DNA of 64,000 nucleotides from an uncultured Treponema sp. (GCA_937876905.1 CALEFI010000003.1:6541-70540); one strand, 5' to 3'. Shown: positions 6,802 through 15,389, counted from the first letter of the stretch. Numbers and translations are program-made. The notes: generated by a model not told the origin, from the letters alone.

Positions 6802-8322
6802 CTATATCTTCCAACCAATTCCTGCAAGGTTTTGCTTAATTTCTTCTTCTAGTTTGTGGCTTTGTTCAAACATTTGGCCTAGTTCTGTTGTAAGGCGGGT
6901 CATTTTTTCATCAAAAGGTTCGGCATCCTCTTCTTTTTCCTCAATTCCGACATAGCGGCCAGGGGTGAGGATGTAGTCTTGTTTTGCAATTTCTTCTGTA
7001 GTAGCAACGGTACAAAAGCCTTTTTGATTTTCTAAGGTTCCGTTTTGGAAGTCTGTAAAGGTTTGTGAAAGACGATTGATGTCTTCTTCAGAAAAATCAC
7101 GGTGCTTGCGGTCTACCATGTGGCCCATGTTTCGGGCATCAATAAACAGGGTTTTTCCAGCTTGCCTCTTATTGCGGCTGATGAACCAGAGGGTCACGGG
7201 AATTGTCACGCTGTAAAAAAGCTGGGTGGGCATGGCCACAATGCCTTCTATCAAGTCTGCCTCGATTATTTTACGGCGGATTTCACCTTCGCCACTTGTC
7301 TGGGTGCTAAGCGCTCCGTTTGCAAGAACAAGTCCGATTTTTCCATTTGGTGCAAGGTGATAAATCATGTGCTCTATCCATGCATAGTTGGCATTTCCTG
7401 CCGGTGGCAGTCCGTATGCCCAGCGGGGGTCGTTCTGCAGCTTGTCCTGTCCCCAGTTGCTCAGGTTAAACGGTGGATTTGCCATGATGTAGTCGAACTT
7501 TTGAGTTGCATGAAGGTCATTGAAAAAGGTGTCTTCGTGGTGCTTTCCAAAGTTTGCATCAATGCCACGGATTGCCATGTTCATTTTTGCCATCTTCCAA
7601 GTGTCAGCATTGGCTTCCTGTCCGAAAACTGAAATGTTGCTTCTGTTTCCGGCATGTTCCTGTATGAACTTTACGGACTGAACGAACATTCCGCCAGAAC
7701 CACAACAGGGGTCATAAACTCGTTTTCCTTCCGTTGGCTTGAGGATGCCAACAATCGTCTTTACGACACTGGCAGGTGTGTAGAATTCGCCGCCCTTTAC
7801 CCCTTCGTAGCTTGCAAACTGTGCGATGCAGTATTCATAAGTACGGCCCAGCAGGTCTTTGCTTGCTTCGGTGTCGCTCATGTCCATGTTGGTAAAGACA
7901 TCCACGACGTTTCCCAGTACTCGTTTGTCAAGTTCTGGGTTTGCGTAGTTTTTTGGGAGCACCCCCTTTAAGCTTCGGTTGTCGTCTTCAAGAGCAAGCA
8001 TTGCTTTGTCGAGAAGGGTTCCAATTTCTGGTGTGTGCGCTGCCTTTGCAATTTCGCTCCAGCGGGCTTCTGGCGGAACAAAGAAGATATTTTCAGCTTC
8101 ATAGGCATCAGGGTCGTCTTCAAATCCATCACCTTCTTCCACCAGCTCGTTATATTTCTTTTCAAATGCAGTCGAGATGTATTTTAGAAAGATGAGTCCA
8201 GTAAAGATTTTGCGGTAGTCTGCAGCGGGAATATGCCCCCAAAGCTCACAGGCCGCATCCCAAATCTGCTGCTCAAAGCCGATTGTTGCAGACGATGATT
8301 TAGGTGATTTTTTCTTTGCCAT
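6802..8322 (-). CDS. hsdM: Type I restriction-modification N6-adenine DNA methyltransferase subunit
   Basis: HsdM N-terminal domain (IWDAACELWGHIPAADY). SAM-binding motif VYDPCCGSGGMF. Catalytic motif MANPPFN. Confidence 0.9.
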   Translation of the reverse strand: MAKKKSPKSSSATIGFEQQIWDAACELWGHIPAADYRKIFTGLIFLKYISTAFEKKYNELVEEGDGFEDDPDAYEAENIFFVPPEARWSEIAKAAHTPEIGTLLDKAMLALEDDNRSLKGVLPKNYANPELDKRVLGNVVDVFTNMDMSDTEASKDLLGRTYEYCIAQFASYEGVKGGEFYTPASVVKTIVGILKPTEGKRVYDPCCGSGGMFVQSVKFIQEHAGNRSNISVFGQEANADTWKMAKMNMAIRGIDANFGKHHEDTFFNDLHATQKFDYIMANPPFNLSNWGQDKLQNDPRWAYGLPPAGNANYAWIEHMIYHLAPNGKIGLVLANGALSTQTSGEGEIRRKIIEADLIEGIVAMPTQLFYSVTIPVTLWFISRNKRQAGKTLFIDARNMGHMVDRKHRDFSEEDINRLSQTFTDFQNGTLENQKGFCTVATTEEIAKQDYILTPGRYVGIEEKEEDAEPFDEKMTRLTTELGQMFEQSHKLEEEIKQNLAGIGWKI

Positions 8323-8391
8323 AGTGCTATCCCTCTGAAAATAAAGTATTCAAAACGATTTGAGGCAATCCCCCAAGCCACGCTCCTAACC

Positions 8392-8454
8392 ACTCCCCTC
8401 ACCCCTCCAGCTGGGCGGAGACCTCCTCCCACTGGGCGGTCAGCTGGTCAATCC
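8392..8454. repeat. Displaced, slightly diverged copy of the ABC-F gene 3' end (att-like direct repeat, left copy)
   Basis: Aligns by eye with 9143-9206 with only a few mismatches and one indel. It encodes ...IDQLTAQWEEVSAQLEG* compared with the genuine ...IDQLTAAWEEVSAQLEG*. Confidence 0.75.
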
Positions 8455-8672
8455 TCCATCTCCGCATCTGGCACTTTTGCCAATACCGCCAGAAATTTAT
8501 CTCGGGAACCCCTTGCACCTCTCTCTTCCAAATACCTCTGCGTTTCCAAGGCAGAAATCTTCTCCGCCACAGCCGATACAATGAATTGATTTATAGAAAT
8601 TTTATCCTTGACAGCAATTTCTTTTATCAATGAATGATATGAATCAGGTAGCCTCAAACTCAGTGTTGTCAT
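8448..8672 (-). CDS. RHH/HicB-family type II antitoxin
   Basis: MTTLSLRLPDSYHSLIKEIAVKDKISINQFIVSAVAEKISALE is a ribbon-helix-helix pattern. Its start lies 1 nt after the PIN gene stop. Confidence 0.75.
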   Translation of the reverse strand: MTTLSLRLPDSYHSLIKEIAVKDKISINQFIVSAVAEKISALETQRYLEERGARGSRDKFLAVLAKVPDAEMED

Positions 8673-8673
8673 T

Positions 8674-9093
8674 TTATCCCTCCATTTCCGCCAGAAATTC
8701 TTTTGGCGTTTGAATTTTTATGCCTAAATCTTCTGCCCGCAGAAAATCCCGTTTATTGTAAGTAATAACCCTTTCCGCTCCTGCACTGATTGCCAGCTCC
8801 AGCACATGGTCATCAAATTGATCCTTCAAATAAGGTCTCCAAAGATAAAATATCTTTGTCTTTATGCCAACTGCACAGAGGTAGTCGATAAAGTCTTCAA
8901 TATCAGAGTCCAAAATAATCCCCTTATCAAGATGATTTTTAAGGACTGCCTCATACTCCAATATCAAAGGAACAGAAACCGCACAATCAAACATTCCAGT
9001 CCCAACTTGTGAAACCAGCTCAAACGCCTTGCCTTTATTGCTTTGCAACGAGGAGAGGATCACATTTGTATCGATTACAATCAAGGGTCTCAC
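8674..9093 (-). CDS. PIN-domain toxin (PIN_3-like)
   Basis: IVIDTNVILSS (N-terminal acidic Asp), ...LEYE..., ...DDHVLELAISAGAERVITYNKRDF, matching the PIN acidic-residue layout. Confidence 0.8.
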   Translation of the reverse strand: MRPLIVIDTNVILSSLQSNKGKAFELVSQVGTGMFDCAVSVPLILEYEAVLKNHLDKGIILDSDIEDFIDYLCAVGIKTKIFYLWRPYLKDQFDDHVLELAISAGAERVITYNKRDFLRAEDLGIKIQTPKEFLAEMEG

Positions 9094-9142
9094 TTATAGT
9101 ATTATATATAATACTATAAGTGGTTGTCAATTTGCATTATCA

Positions 9143-9206
9143 ACTCCCCTCTACCCCTCCAGCTGGGCAGAGACCTCCTCCCAGGCGGCGGTGAGCTGGT
9201 CAATCT
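9143..9206. repeat. ABC-F 3' end, right copy of the att-like direct repeat
   Basis: See 8392-8454. This copy is the functional end of the ABC-F CDS. Confidence 0.75.
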
Positions 9207-11190
9207 TGGTGGCAAGGGCTTCCACTGCGGCCTGCACCTGGCGGCTTTTCTGGGCATCGCTGTAGACCTCCGGCTGGGCAAGCTGGTTTTCCAGCTGGAG
9301 CTTTTCCTCCTCGGCGGCGGCGATTTCCTCCAGCAGCCGCTCCTCCTCCCGCTCCAACTTGCGCCGCTGGTTTCTCAGTCGCTTCTGCTCCTCGTACTGC
9401 AGGGCACCTGCACTGGGAGCACTGACATTGGAAGCCATAGCACTCTGACCGCTTTGCCTGCCGCCACTTGCCCCGCTGCCAGACCCCAGCTGGCCGGGCA
9501 CCACTTCCCTGCCCTCAGCCTCAGCTGCAATCCGCTCCAGGTAGTACTCGTAGCTGCCGGGAAAATTCCTGGCACGGCCACAGGAGGTTGGAGTTCCCGC
9601 TTGGGCAACACCAGCCTCTCCCTCCAGGGATTCCGGCGGCGGGGAAAGCTCCAGCACCCGGGTGGCCAAGGACTGGATAAAGCCCCGGTCGTGGGAGACA
9701 AAGACCACCGTCCCGCCAAAATCCTTCAAGGCATCCAGCAGCACATCCTTGGAATGCAAGTCCAAGTGGTTGGTGGGCTCGTCCAAAATCAGCAGGTTTA
9801 CGGGTTTGAGCAAGAGCTGCAACAGGGCCAGGCGGCTCTTTTCCCCACCGGAAAGCACATCCAGGCTCTTGAACACATCGTCACCACGGAACAGGAAGGA
9901 GCCCAGCATGTCTCGTACCCGTGGCACCAGCTCCAAGGGTGCCTGACCCTCGATATATTCCAGCACCGTGATGGAGCCGCAAATCCGTTCCGCACTGTCC
10001 TGGGAAAAGTAGCCCACCGCCACCCCAGCTCCCTCCCGCACGCTGCCCTGGAAGGCGGCATCCTCCTTGGCAAGGATTTTCAGCAGGGTGGTCTTTCCTG
10101 AGCCATTGCAGCCCACCACCACCAGCCGCTCCCCCTTTTCCAGTACCAAGTCCAGCTGGCTCAGCACCTGATGCACCCCATCGTAGGACTTGCTGACACC
10201 CTCCAGTGTCAGCACCAGGCGGCCTGAATGAGGAGCGGGAGGAAAGGTAAAGCGCATCTTTTTCAGCGACTCTGGAATCTGCACCTGCTGGGCCAAAAGC
10301 CTGTCCAGCATCTTCTGCCGCTCCTGGGCCTGGGCCGCCTTGGTAGCCTTGGCCCCGAAGCGGCGGATAAAGTCCTCCAGCTTGCGGATTTCCTCCTGCT
10401 GCTGCTGGTAGGTAGCCATGAGGCTTTCCAGCTCCACCTGACGAACCTTCTCATAGTTGGTGTAGTTGCCTGCATAGCGGCGTAGCTGACCGTTGAACAG
10501 CTCGTAGACCTCGGTAACGGTGGTATCTAAAAAATATCGGTCGTGGCTTACCAGCAGGAATCCGCCGGAAAAGGAATTCAAGAATTCCTCCAGCCAGTTG
10601 CGAGCCTCCAGGTCAAGATAGTTGGTGGGCTCGTCCAAGAGGAGGATGTCCGGCCGCTGCATCAGGGCCTTGGCCAGGGCAATGCGCATCTGCCAGCCGC
10701 CGGAAAATTCCTGGGTCTGGCGGTCCAGGTCACGGCGGGAAAAGCCGAGTCCCAAAAGCACCTGCTCCGCCTGGGCCTCCCGCCGATACCAGCCAGACTC
10801 CTCCAGCCAGGTGGTAATCTGATGGTGGCGCTCCAGCAGGGGGCCGCTTTTTTGACTGGAATCCTTGAGGGCATCGCCGATTTCCTCCAGCTCCCGCTGC
10901 AGCTGGTAGCCATAGTCAAAGGCCCGGTCAGCCTCCTGTCGCAGGGTGCAGCCTGCATGGACAATGCCAGACTGAGGCAGATAGACAATGCGGGCATCCT
11001 TTTGGGCAATCCGCTGGCCGCTGTCGGGAGCCAGCTCCCCGGCCATAATCTTCATCAGGGTGGATTTGCCTGAGCCATTGGCACCACTTAAAGCCGCCTT
11101 TGTTCCTGCCGCAAGATTTACCGACACATCCTTCAGGATGTCCCGATCACCAAAGGCCAGGGATACCTTTGAGAACTGCACGAAGGCCAT
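9151..11190 (-). CDS. ABC-F family ATPase (two ABC cassettes, C-terminal coiled coil)
   Basis: GANGSGKST / LSGGWQMR / LLLDEPTNYLD, then GCNGSGKTT / LSGGEKSR / LILDEPTNHLD. No transmembrane domain. Glu/Lys-rich coiled-coil tail. Confidence 0.9.
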   Translation of the reverse strand: MAFVQFSKVSLAFGDRDILKDVSVNLAAGTKAALSGANGSGKSTLMKIMAGELAPDSGQRIAQKDARIVYLPQSGIVHAGCTLRQEADRAFDYGYQLQRELEEIGDALKDSSQKSGPLLERHHQITTWLEESGWYRREAQAEQVLLGLGFSRRDLDRQTQEFSGGWQMRIALAKALMQRPDILLLDEPTNYLDLEARNWLEEFLNSFSGGFLLVSHDRYFLDTTVTEVYELFNGQLRRYAGNYTNYEKVRQVELESLMATYQQQQEEIRKLEDFIRRFGAKATKAAQAQERQKMLDRLLAQQVQIPESLKKMRFTFPPAPHSGRLVLTLEGVSKSYDGVHQVLSQLDLVLEKGERLVVVGCNGSGKTTLLKILAKEDAAFQGSVREGAGVAVGYFSQDSAERICGSITVLEYIEGQAPLELVPRVRDMLGSFLFRGDDVFKSLDVLSGGEKSRLALLQLLLKPVNLLILDEPTNHLDLHSKDVLLDALKDFGGTVVFVSHDRGFIQSLATRVLELSPPPESLEGEAGVAQAGTPTSCGRARNFPGSYEYYLERIAAEAEGREVVPGQLGSGSGASGGRQSGQSAMASNVSAPSAGALQYEEQKRLRNQRRKLEREEERLLEEIAAAEEEKLQLENQLAQPEVYSDAQKSRQVQAAVEALATKIDQLTAAWEEVSAQLEG

Positions 11191-11201
11191 GACAAATCCC
11201 C

Positions 11202-12524
11202 CTAGCTTCCCTGACGGGAGAAAAAGATAACCACAGGATTGGAGCTCCGGCTGGAAATGGTCTTACCATCAAGGCTTACGCCGGTCGTCGCCTCAAGCCG
11301 CAAGCCATCAGCCTCAAGCTTGTACAGGAAATTTACCCCTCGTGCTCCCTGGTCAAAATGGAAGGTAATCACACCGTCGTATCGACTGGCAAGGGAACGG
11401 GACAGGAAATGATCGAAGGAGACAGTTCCCCGCCCCAAGGCGCCTTGGGGAATGACGGCGGGCTGAAGCTGGCGGTAGCCACTCCACTGGAACTGACCTT
11501 CGCCGTTGAAGGAGAGCTTTCCATAATTGGAGCTGGAAAAGGCCGGGCCAAAGGCTTCCAGCTCGGCGTAGAGCTGACGGCGGCGATTTCGTTCCTTTGA
11601 GATGAGCGAGTCAAGCCCTTCCTCCAGAAGCACAAAGTCATAGGAGGTGGGTCGCCCAGACTCGTCGGTATACTGCACCACAATGTAGTCATCCTTTCTG
11701 ATAGTGACACTGATGGGGGTGTCGGTAAACCGATACTTGTTGGTACCAGTCTTCTCCACCCCAACGTAGGGGAAGGATACCGCAAGGTCATCCACCTTCA
11801 GCTGCACCGTGCCGGACTGGAAACCAGTATCAAATTGGTATCGTTTTTCCAGCTGCTCCAGATCCAGATTGCGAGACTCCACCATGTTCCGGTAGCTGTC
11901 GGGATACCAGCGTCGTGCCAGCACCTTCTCCAGCGCCTCATCCTGCTGCTGGGTTGCAGCTGCCACCTGTGCAGTTTCCTGTTCATCCACTTCCCGATTG
12001 TCAAAAAGCCGTAGATTGTAGGAAAAGCACCAGCCCTGGGTTCCGTCCCCAGTCAGCACCCGCAGCCAGTCTCCCTCCATTGCATTGGAACCGGACATAA
12101 CTGCTGCACCTTCGCCACGATACAGCACCTTGATAACCTCATCCTTACGCAGGCGGTACACCTGCTTGGCTGTATTTACTGGCTCGGCACGCATGGGAAG
12201 GCCATCCAGCGCAACACGGGCGTACTGGTATTGGTATTCAGCGTATCGCTGGAAGGACTTTCGGGCGGCAGACTTGGAGGCAGGCTCGGTAATCTGCCAC
12301 AGGGGCACCTCGAATTTTTCGTCGGAATCAAGATGCCCAATGGCGTAGGTCTGAGAGATGTTTGACTTGATGTACACCTGCACGAGGTCTCCATCATTCA
12401 GATTCTGCTCCGGCAGGGACCAGAGCATGACGCTATAGCCCAGGCGGTTGGAGCAGCTGGTTACAGCAAGAACAAAAGGGAGGAGCCCGCAGATGATGGC
12501 TCCCAGAGGAAATCGCTTGAACAT
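11202..12524 (-). CDS. Putative lipoprotein with an SH3b-like segment
   Basis: MFKRFPLGAIICGLLPFVLAVTSC (signal peptide plus lipobox). GDWLRVLTGDGTQGWCFSYNL is SH3b-like. The start at Met 12524 was chosen for the signal peptide. Confidence 0.55.
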   Translation of the reverse strand: MFKRFPLGAIICGLLPFVLAVTSCSNRLGYSVMLWSLPEQNLNDGDLVQVYIKSNISQTYAIGHLDSDEKFEVPLWQITEPASKSAARKSFQRYAEYQYQYARVALDGLPMRAEPVNTAKQVYRLRKDEVIKVLYRGEGAAVMSGSNAMEGDWLRVLTGDGTQGWCFSYNLRLFDNREVDEQETAQVAAATQQQDEALEKVLARRWYPDSYRNMVESRNLDLEQLEKRYQFDTGFQSGTVQLKVDDLAVSFPYVGVEKTGTNKYRFTDTPISVTIRKDDYIVVQYTDESGRPTSYDFVLLEEGLDSLISKERNRRRQLYAELEAFGPAFSSSNYGKLSFNGEGQFQWSGYRQLQPAVIPQGALGRGTVSFDHFLSRSLASRYDGVITFHFDQGARGVNFLYKLEADGLRLEATTGVSLDGKTISSRSSNPVVIFFSRQGS

Positions 12525-12598
12525 GGATAGAGAATACCACAAAGCCCATGATTGGGAAATAGGGAGCCCCATTTTCCCCACCACGTCCCTTTTCCCGC

Positions 12599-13669
12599 TC
12601 AGCGCACCTTCAGCATGATTCCCACCAAGGCCATCGTAATCAGCACCTGCATAATCATAAACTTGATGAGAACCTGGGTGGGAGACCAGCCGTGATTGTG
12701 CCGCATGTGGTCGTGGAGGGGGAAGCGAATCTTAGAAAAGACTCGGATCTTGAAGAAACGCAGGAGGATTATCTTCAGCAGGCCCATGCCTCCGTTCACA
12801 AAGATGATGGAGGAGGTGGCCAGAATCAGGAAGGGGTTTCCGCTCACCAGCACACAGACTCCGATGTAAAAGCCCAGGGCACGGCTTCCGGCATCCCCCA
12901 TCAAAACCTTACTGGGAAAGGCATTGTGCCACAGGTAGCCCATTAGCACACCCGCCAGGGCAAAGGTCATCACCGCCCAGCTCGCTCCCTGACTAATGTG
13001 GGGAACCAGCAGGTAAGAGGCTATCTCCTTGTGGCCAAAGACAAAGTAAAACAGGCAGCCCATAGTGATGAGGGCAATCAGCACCAGCGTGCTGGAAAGG
13101 CCGTCCACGCCGTCGGTACAGTTGGTGGTGTTGATGGAAAGCCACAGCAGCACAGTAGCTACCATAATGTAGAGCCAGGGAGCAATCTCCACGGCCCCGG
13201 ACAGGAAGGGAAGCCAGATGTAAATATTGCCGTCGCTCGTCGTCTGGGAGATAAAGCCGTATAGCAGAATCGAAGCCACCAGGCAGATTGCCAAATCCAG
13301 GGCACCCTTTAGGTACTCACCCCAGCTGGCGGTGCTGCGGTCGTCCAGGAAGCCCGTCACCATGGTAAGCCAGGTAAGGGCCAGCATGGAGGCCTGGAGA
13401 CCCCGCAGCGGCACCACCAGCACACAAATCAGGGTAAAGAAGGTGATGAACACAGAGCCCGCCCCGGTGGGCTTTCCCTTGGCAGCCTCCGCCGTCAGGG
13501 TAAACTCCCGCCCCCGATCATGGGGAAGCCAGCCGTAGAATTTGGGCAGGAGAAAGCAGGTAGCAAAGTAGCCAAGGTAGAGGGCCAGCACAATCAGCAC
13601 CACGTAGGACTGCAAGAGACGGGCGGGCCCAAAGGATTCCATCAGCCAGGAAGCAAGGTAAAAGAGCAC
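12599..13669 (-). CDS. MraY-family (polyprenyl-phosphate sugar-phosphate transferase, GT4) paralogue with divergent motifs
   Basis: Ten-TM-like hydrophobic profile. NCTDGVDGL, LMGDAGS, and PLHDHMRHNHGW in place of PIHHH. C-terminal LKVR as in E. coli MraY. Confidence 0.7.
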   Translation of the reverse strand: MLFYLASWLMESFGPARLLQSYVVLIVLALYLGYFATCFLLPKFYGWLPHDRGREFTLTAEAAKGKPTGAGSVFITFFTLICVLVVPLRGLQASMLALTWLTMVTGFLDDRSTASWGEYLKGALDLAICLVASILLYGFISQTTSDGNIYIWLPFLSGAVEIAPWLYIMVATVLLWLSINTTNCTDGVDGLSSTLVLIALITMGCLFYFVFGHKEIASYLLVPHISQGASWAVMTFALAGVLMGYLWHNAFPSKVLMGDAGSRALGFYIGVCVLVSGNPFLILATSSIIFVNGGMGLLKIILLRFFKIRVFSKIRFPLHDHMRHNHGWSPTQVLIKFMIMQVLITMALVGIMLKVR

Positions 13670-13679
13670 CGTCTACCCC

Positions 13680-15389
13680 TTAGTGCTTGAAGTGGCGGGT
13701 TCCGGTGAATACCATGGCGATTCCATGCTTGTTGCAGGCATCGATGGATTCCTGGTCCCGCAGGGAGCCGCCAGGCTGCACAATGGCCTTGATGCCGAAT
13801 TCGGCGGCCTTTTCCACACAGTCGGCGAAGGGGAAGAAGGCATCGCTCACCAGCACCTGGGCGGCCTCAGCTCCAGCGGCATCAGTCACCGCCTTGGCCC
13901 GCTCCAGCGCCTGTCCAGCAGCCCAGATGCGGTTTGTCTGGCCGCAGCCGATTCCGATTGCCGCCCGGTCTTTAATCACCAGAATTGCGTTTGACTTGGC
14001 AAACATAGCCACCGCCATACCAAAGGCCATCTCGTCAATCTGGGCCTGGGTGGGACGGGCCTTGGTCACAATGTCCCAGCGGCTGAACAGCTCATTGTCC
14101 CGGTTCTGCACCAGAAGGCCGCCGTCTACAGCGATGCACTCCCAATCCTCGTCGGCGGAAATCGCAGCCTCCACCAGCCGCAGGTTCTTCTTTTCGGCAA
14201 AGACAGCCTTGGCCTCGTCGGTAAAGCCGGGGGCGACAATCACCTCCAGAAAGCACTTACTCATTTCCTCCGCCGCAGCCTTGTCCACCACGGCGCTGCA
14301 TCCCACAATGCCTCCGAAGATGGAGACCGGGTCGCAGTCGTAGGTCTTCTTGTAGGAGTCAAGCACGGAGGCTCCCAGAGCGGCCCCACAGGGAGTGTTG
14401 TGCTTCAGGGCCACGGTAAAAACGCTGCCGGAGGCCTCACCAAAGGACACGGACAGGGGGGAGCCGGAGGGACTGGCCTTGGAGCCGTCAGCCAGCTTGC
14501 CGCAGATGGGGCCCTCCCACTGGGAATAGTCGGTGCCGGAAACACTGGAGGCCTGGCGCACAAAGCGGTTGAAGGCACAGACCGACTTCCAGGCCACATC
14601 AAGGTCACGGATGTTGTTGTAGGAAAGCTCCTTGCCCTGTAGCTGCTCCATGCCACCAAAGGCCCCCTTCCGGTCTGCCCATAAATAGAGGGCAGCCTGC
14701 TGATGGCCGTTTTCCCCGTAGCGGAGGGACTGCCCCTTCACCAAGGACATGGGATAGTACTGGGGCAGCAGGGGATCAAAGCTGGCGGCCCCATCCTCCG
14801 CCACAGCCGAATCAAGCCCATCGAACATAAAGCGGCACACGGCGGCATCGTAGGCACTGGTGAGGTTGAACACCTTGCCTGCCAGACGACGGTGCAGCAC
14901 CAGATTCTTGGAGCCAGAGGCAATTTCCTCCATGGCATCGGCATAGTCGGCAGGGTCGGTAAGCACCAGCACGTCCTGCCAGTTCTTGGCGGCAGAGCGC
15001 AGCATGGTGGGACCGCCGATGTCGATGAATTCCACCGTCTCCTCAAAGGAAAGCCCCGCCTGCACCTTGTCAAAGAAGGGATAGAGGTTGACGCACACCA
15101 GGTCGATGGGAGCCACACCCAGCTGACTCAAGGAGTCCATGTGGGCGGCCTTGTCCCGGATGGCAAGGATTCCGGCATGAACCTTGGGGTGCAGGGTCTT
15201 TACCCTCCCGTCAAGACATTCCGGAAACTCGGTCACGGCGCTCACATCGGTGACAGGCACTCCCTGCTCCACCAGATACTTGGCTGTTCCGCCAGTGGAA
15301 AGAATCTCCCAGTCACTCTTATGCAGAAAGCTGGCTAGCTCCAGCACACCATCCTTTACGAAAACACTGATAAGGGCACGTCTACGCAT
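13680..15389 (-). CDS. purH: Bifunctional AICAR transformylase / IMP cyclohydrolase
   Basis: RRALISVFVKDG...STGGTAKYL (IMPCH/MGS domain). ...ALKHNTPCG, VIVAPGF, GGSLRD, HFKH C-terminus. ATG 15389 has a GAGG RBS; the track start at 15413 is TTG. Confidence 0.9.
   Translation of the reverse strand: MRRRALISVFVKDGVLELASFLHKSDWEILSTGGTAKYLVEQGVPVTDVSAVTEFPECLDGRVKTLHPKVHAGILAIRDKAAHMDSLSQLGVAPIDLVCVNLYPFFDKVQAGLSFEETVEFIDIGGPTMLRSAAKNWQDVLVLTDPADYADAMEEIASGSKNLVLHRRLAGKVFNLTSAYDAAVCRFMFDGLDSAVAEDGAASFDPLLPQYYPMSLVKGQSLRYGENGHQQAALYLWADRKGAFGGMEQLQGKELSYNNIRDLDVAWKSVCAFNRFVRQASSVSGTDYSQWEGPICGKLADGSKASPSGSPLSVSFGEASGSVFTVALKHNTPCGAALGASVLDSYKKTYDCDPVSIFGGIVGCSAVVDKAAAEEMSKCFLEVIVAPGFTDEAKAVFAEKKNLRLVEAAISADEDWECIAVDGGLLVQNRDNELFSRWDIVTKARPTQAQIDEMAFGMAVAMFAKSNAILVIKDRAAIGIGCGQTNRIWAAGQALERAKAVTDAAGAEAAQVLVSDAFFPFADCVEKAAEFGIKAIVQPGGSLRDQESIDACNKHGIAMVFTGTRHFKH

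Larger units (their letters stand above)
1..9142. other. AT-rich accessory (defence) island next to the 3' end of the ABC-F gene; left boundary lies outside the window
   Basis: By eye, composition and codon usage shift from AT-rich (1-~8300, intermediate to ~9140) to GC-rich from 9151 onward. Content is almost entirely defence and TA genes. The ABC-F 3' end is imperfectly duplicated (8392-8454 vs 9143-9206). No integrase or transposase is visible. Confidence 0.7.

Noticed and set aside
6729-6827. N-terminal extension of the hsdS track ORF (MQELVGRYRACPVRILPHGFDFATQNLGKRSSK), and the ORF 19106-19363 sharing PHGFDFATQNLG
   Set aside because: The shared peptide is just the translation of the 37-nt hairpin repeat. 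The true hsdS start is ATG 6728, which has an AAGGAG RBS.
8399-8581. Track ORF ending ...IDQLTAQWEEVSAQLEG
   Set aside because: It is not a gene. Its end is the displaced copy of the ABC-F 3' terminus, and the rest is antisense or out of frame relative to the antitoxin gene.
9124-10101. Long opposite-strand ORFs throughout the GC-rich region. Examples: 9124-10101, 14703-15338, 15459-16259, 18055-18852, 21903-22949, 24522-26027, 28348-29367, 36186-37118, 38443-39528, 39824-40882, 50227-51018, 55961-57412, 58248-59213, 58690-59589.
   Set aside because: These are typical stop-poor antisense frames of GC-rich coding DNA. Their translations are Gly/Arg/Pro/His-rich with no motifs, while the partner strand carries clear family signatures.
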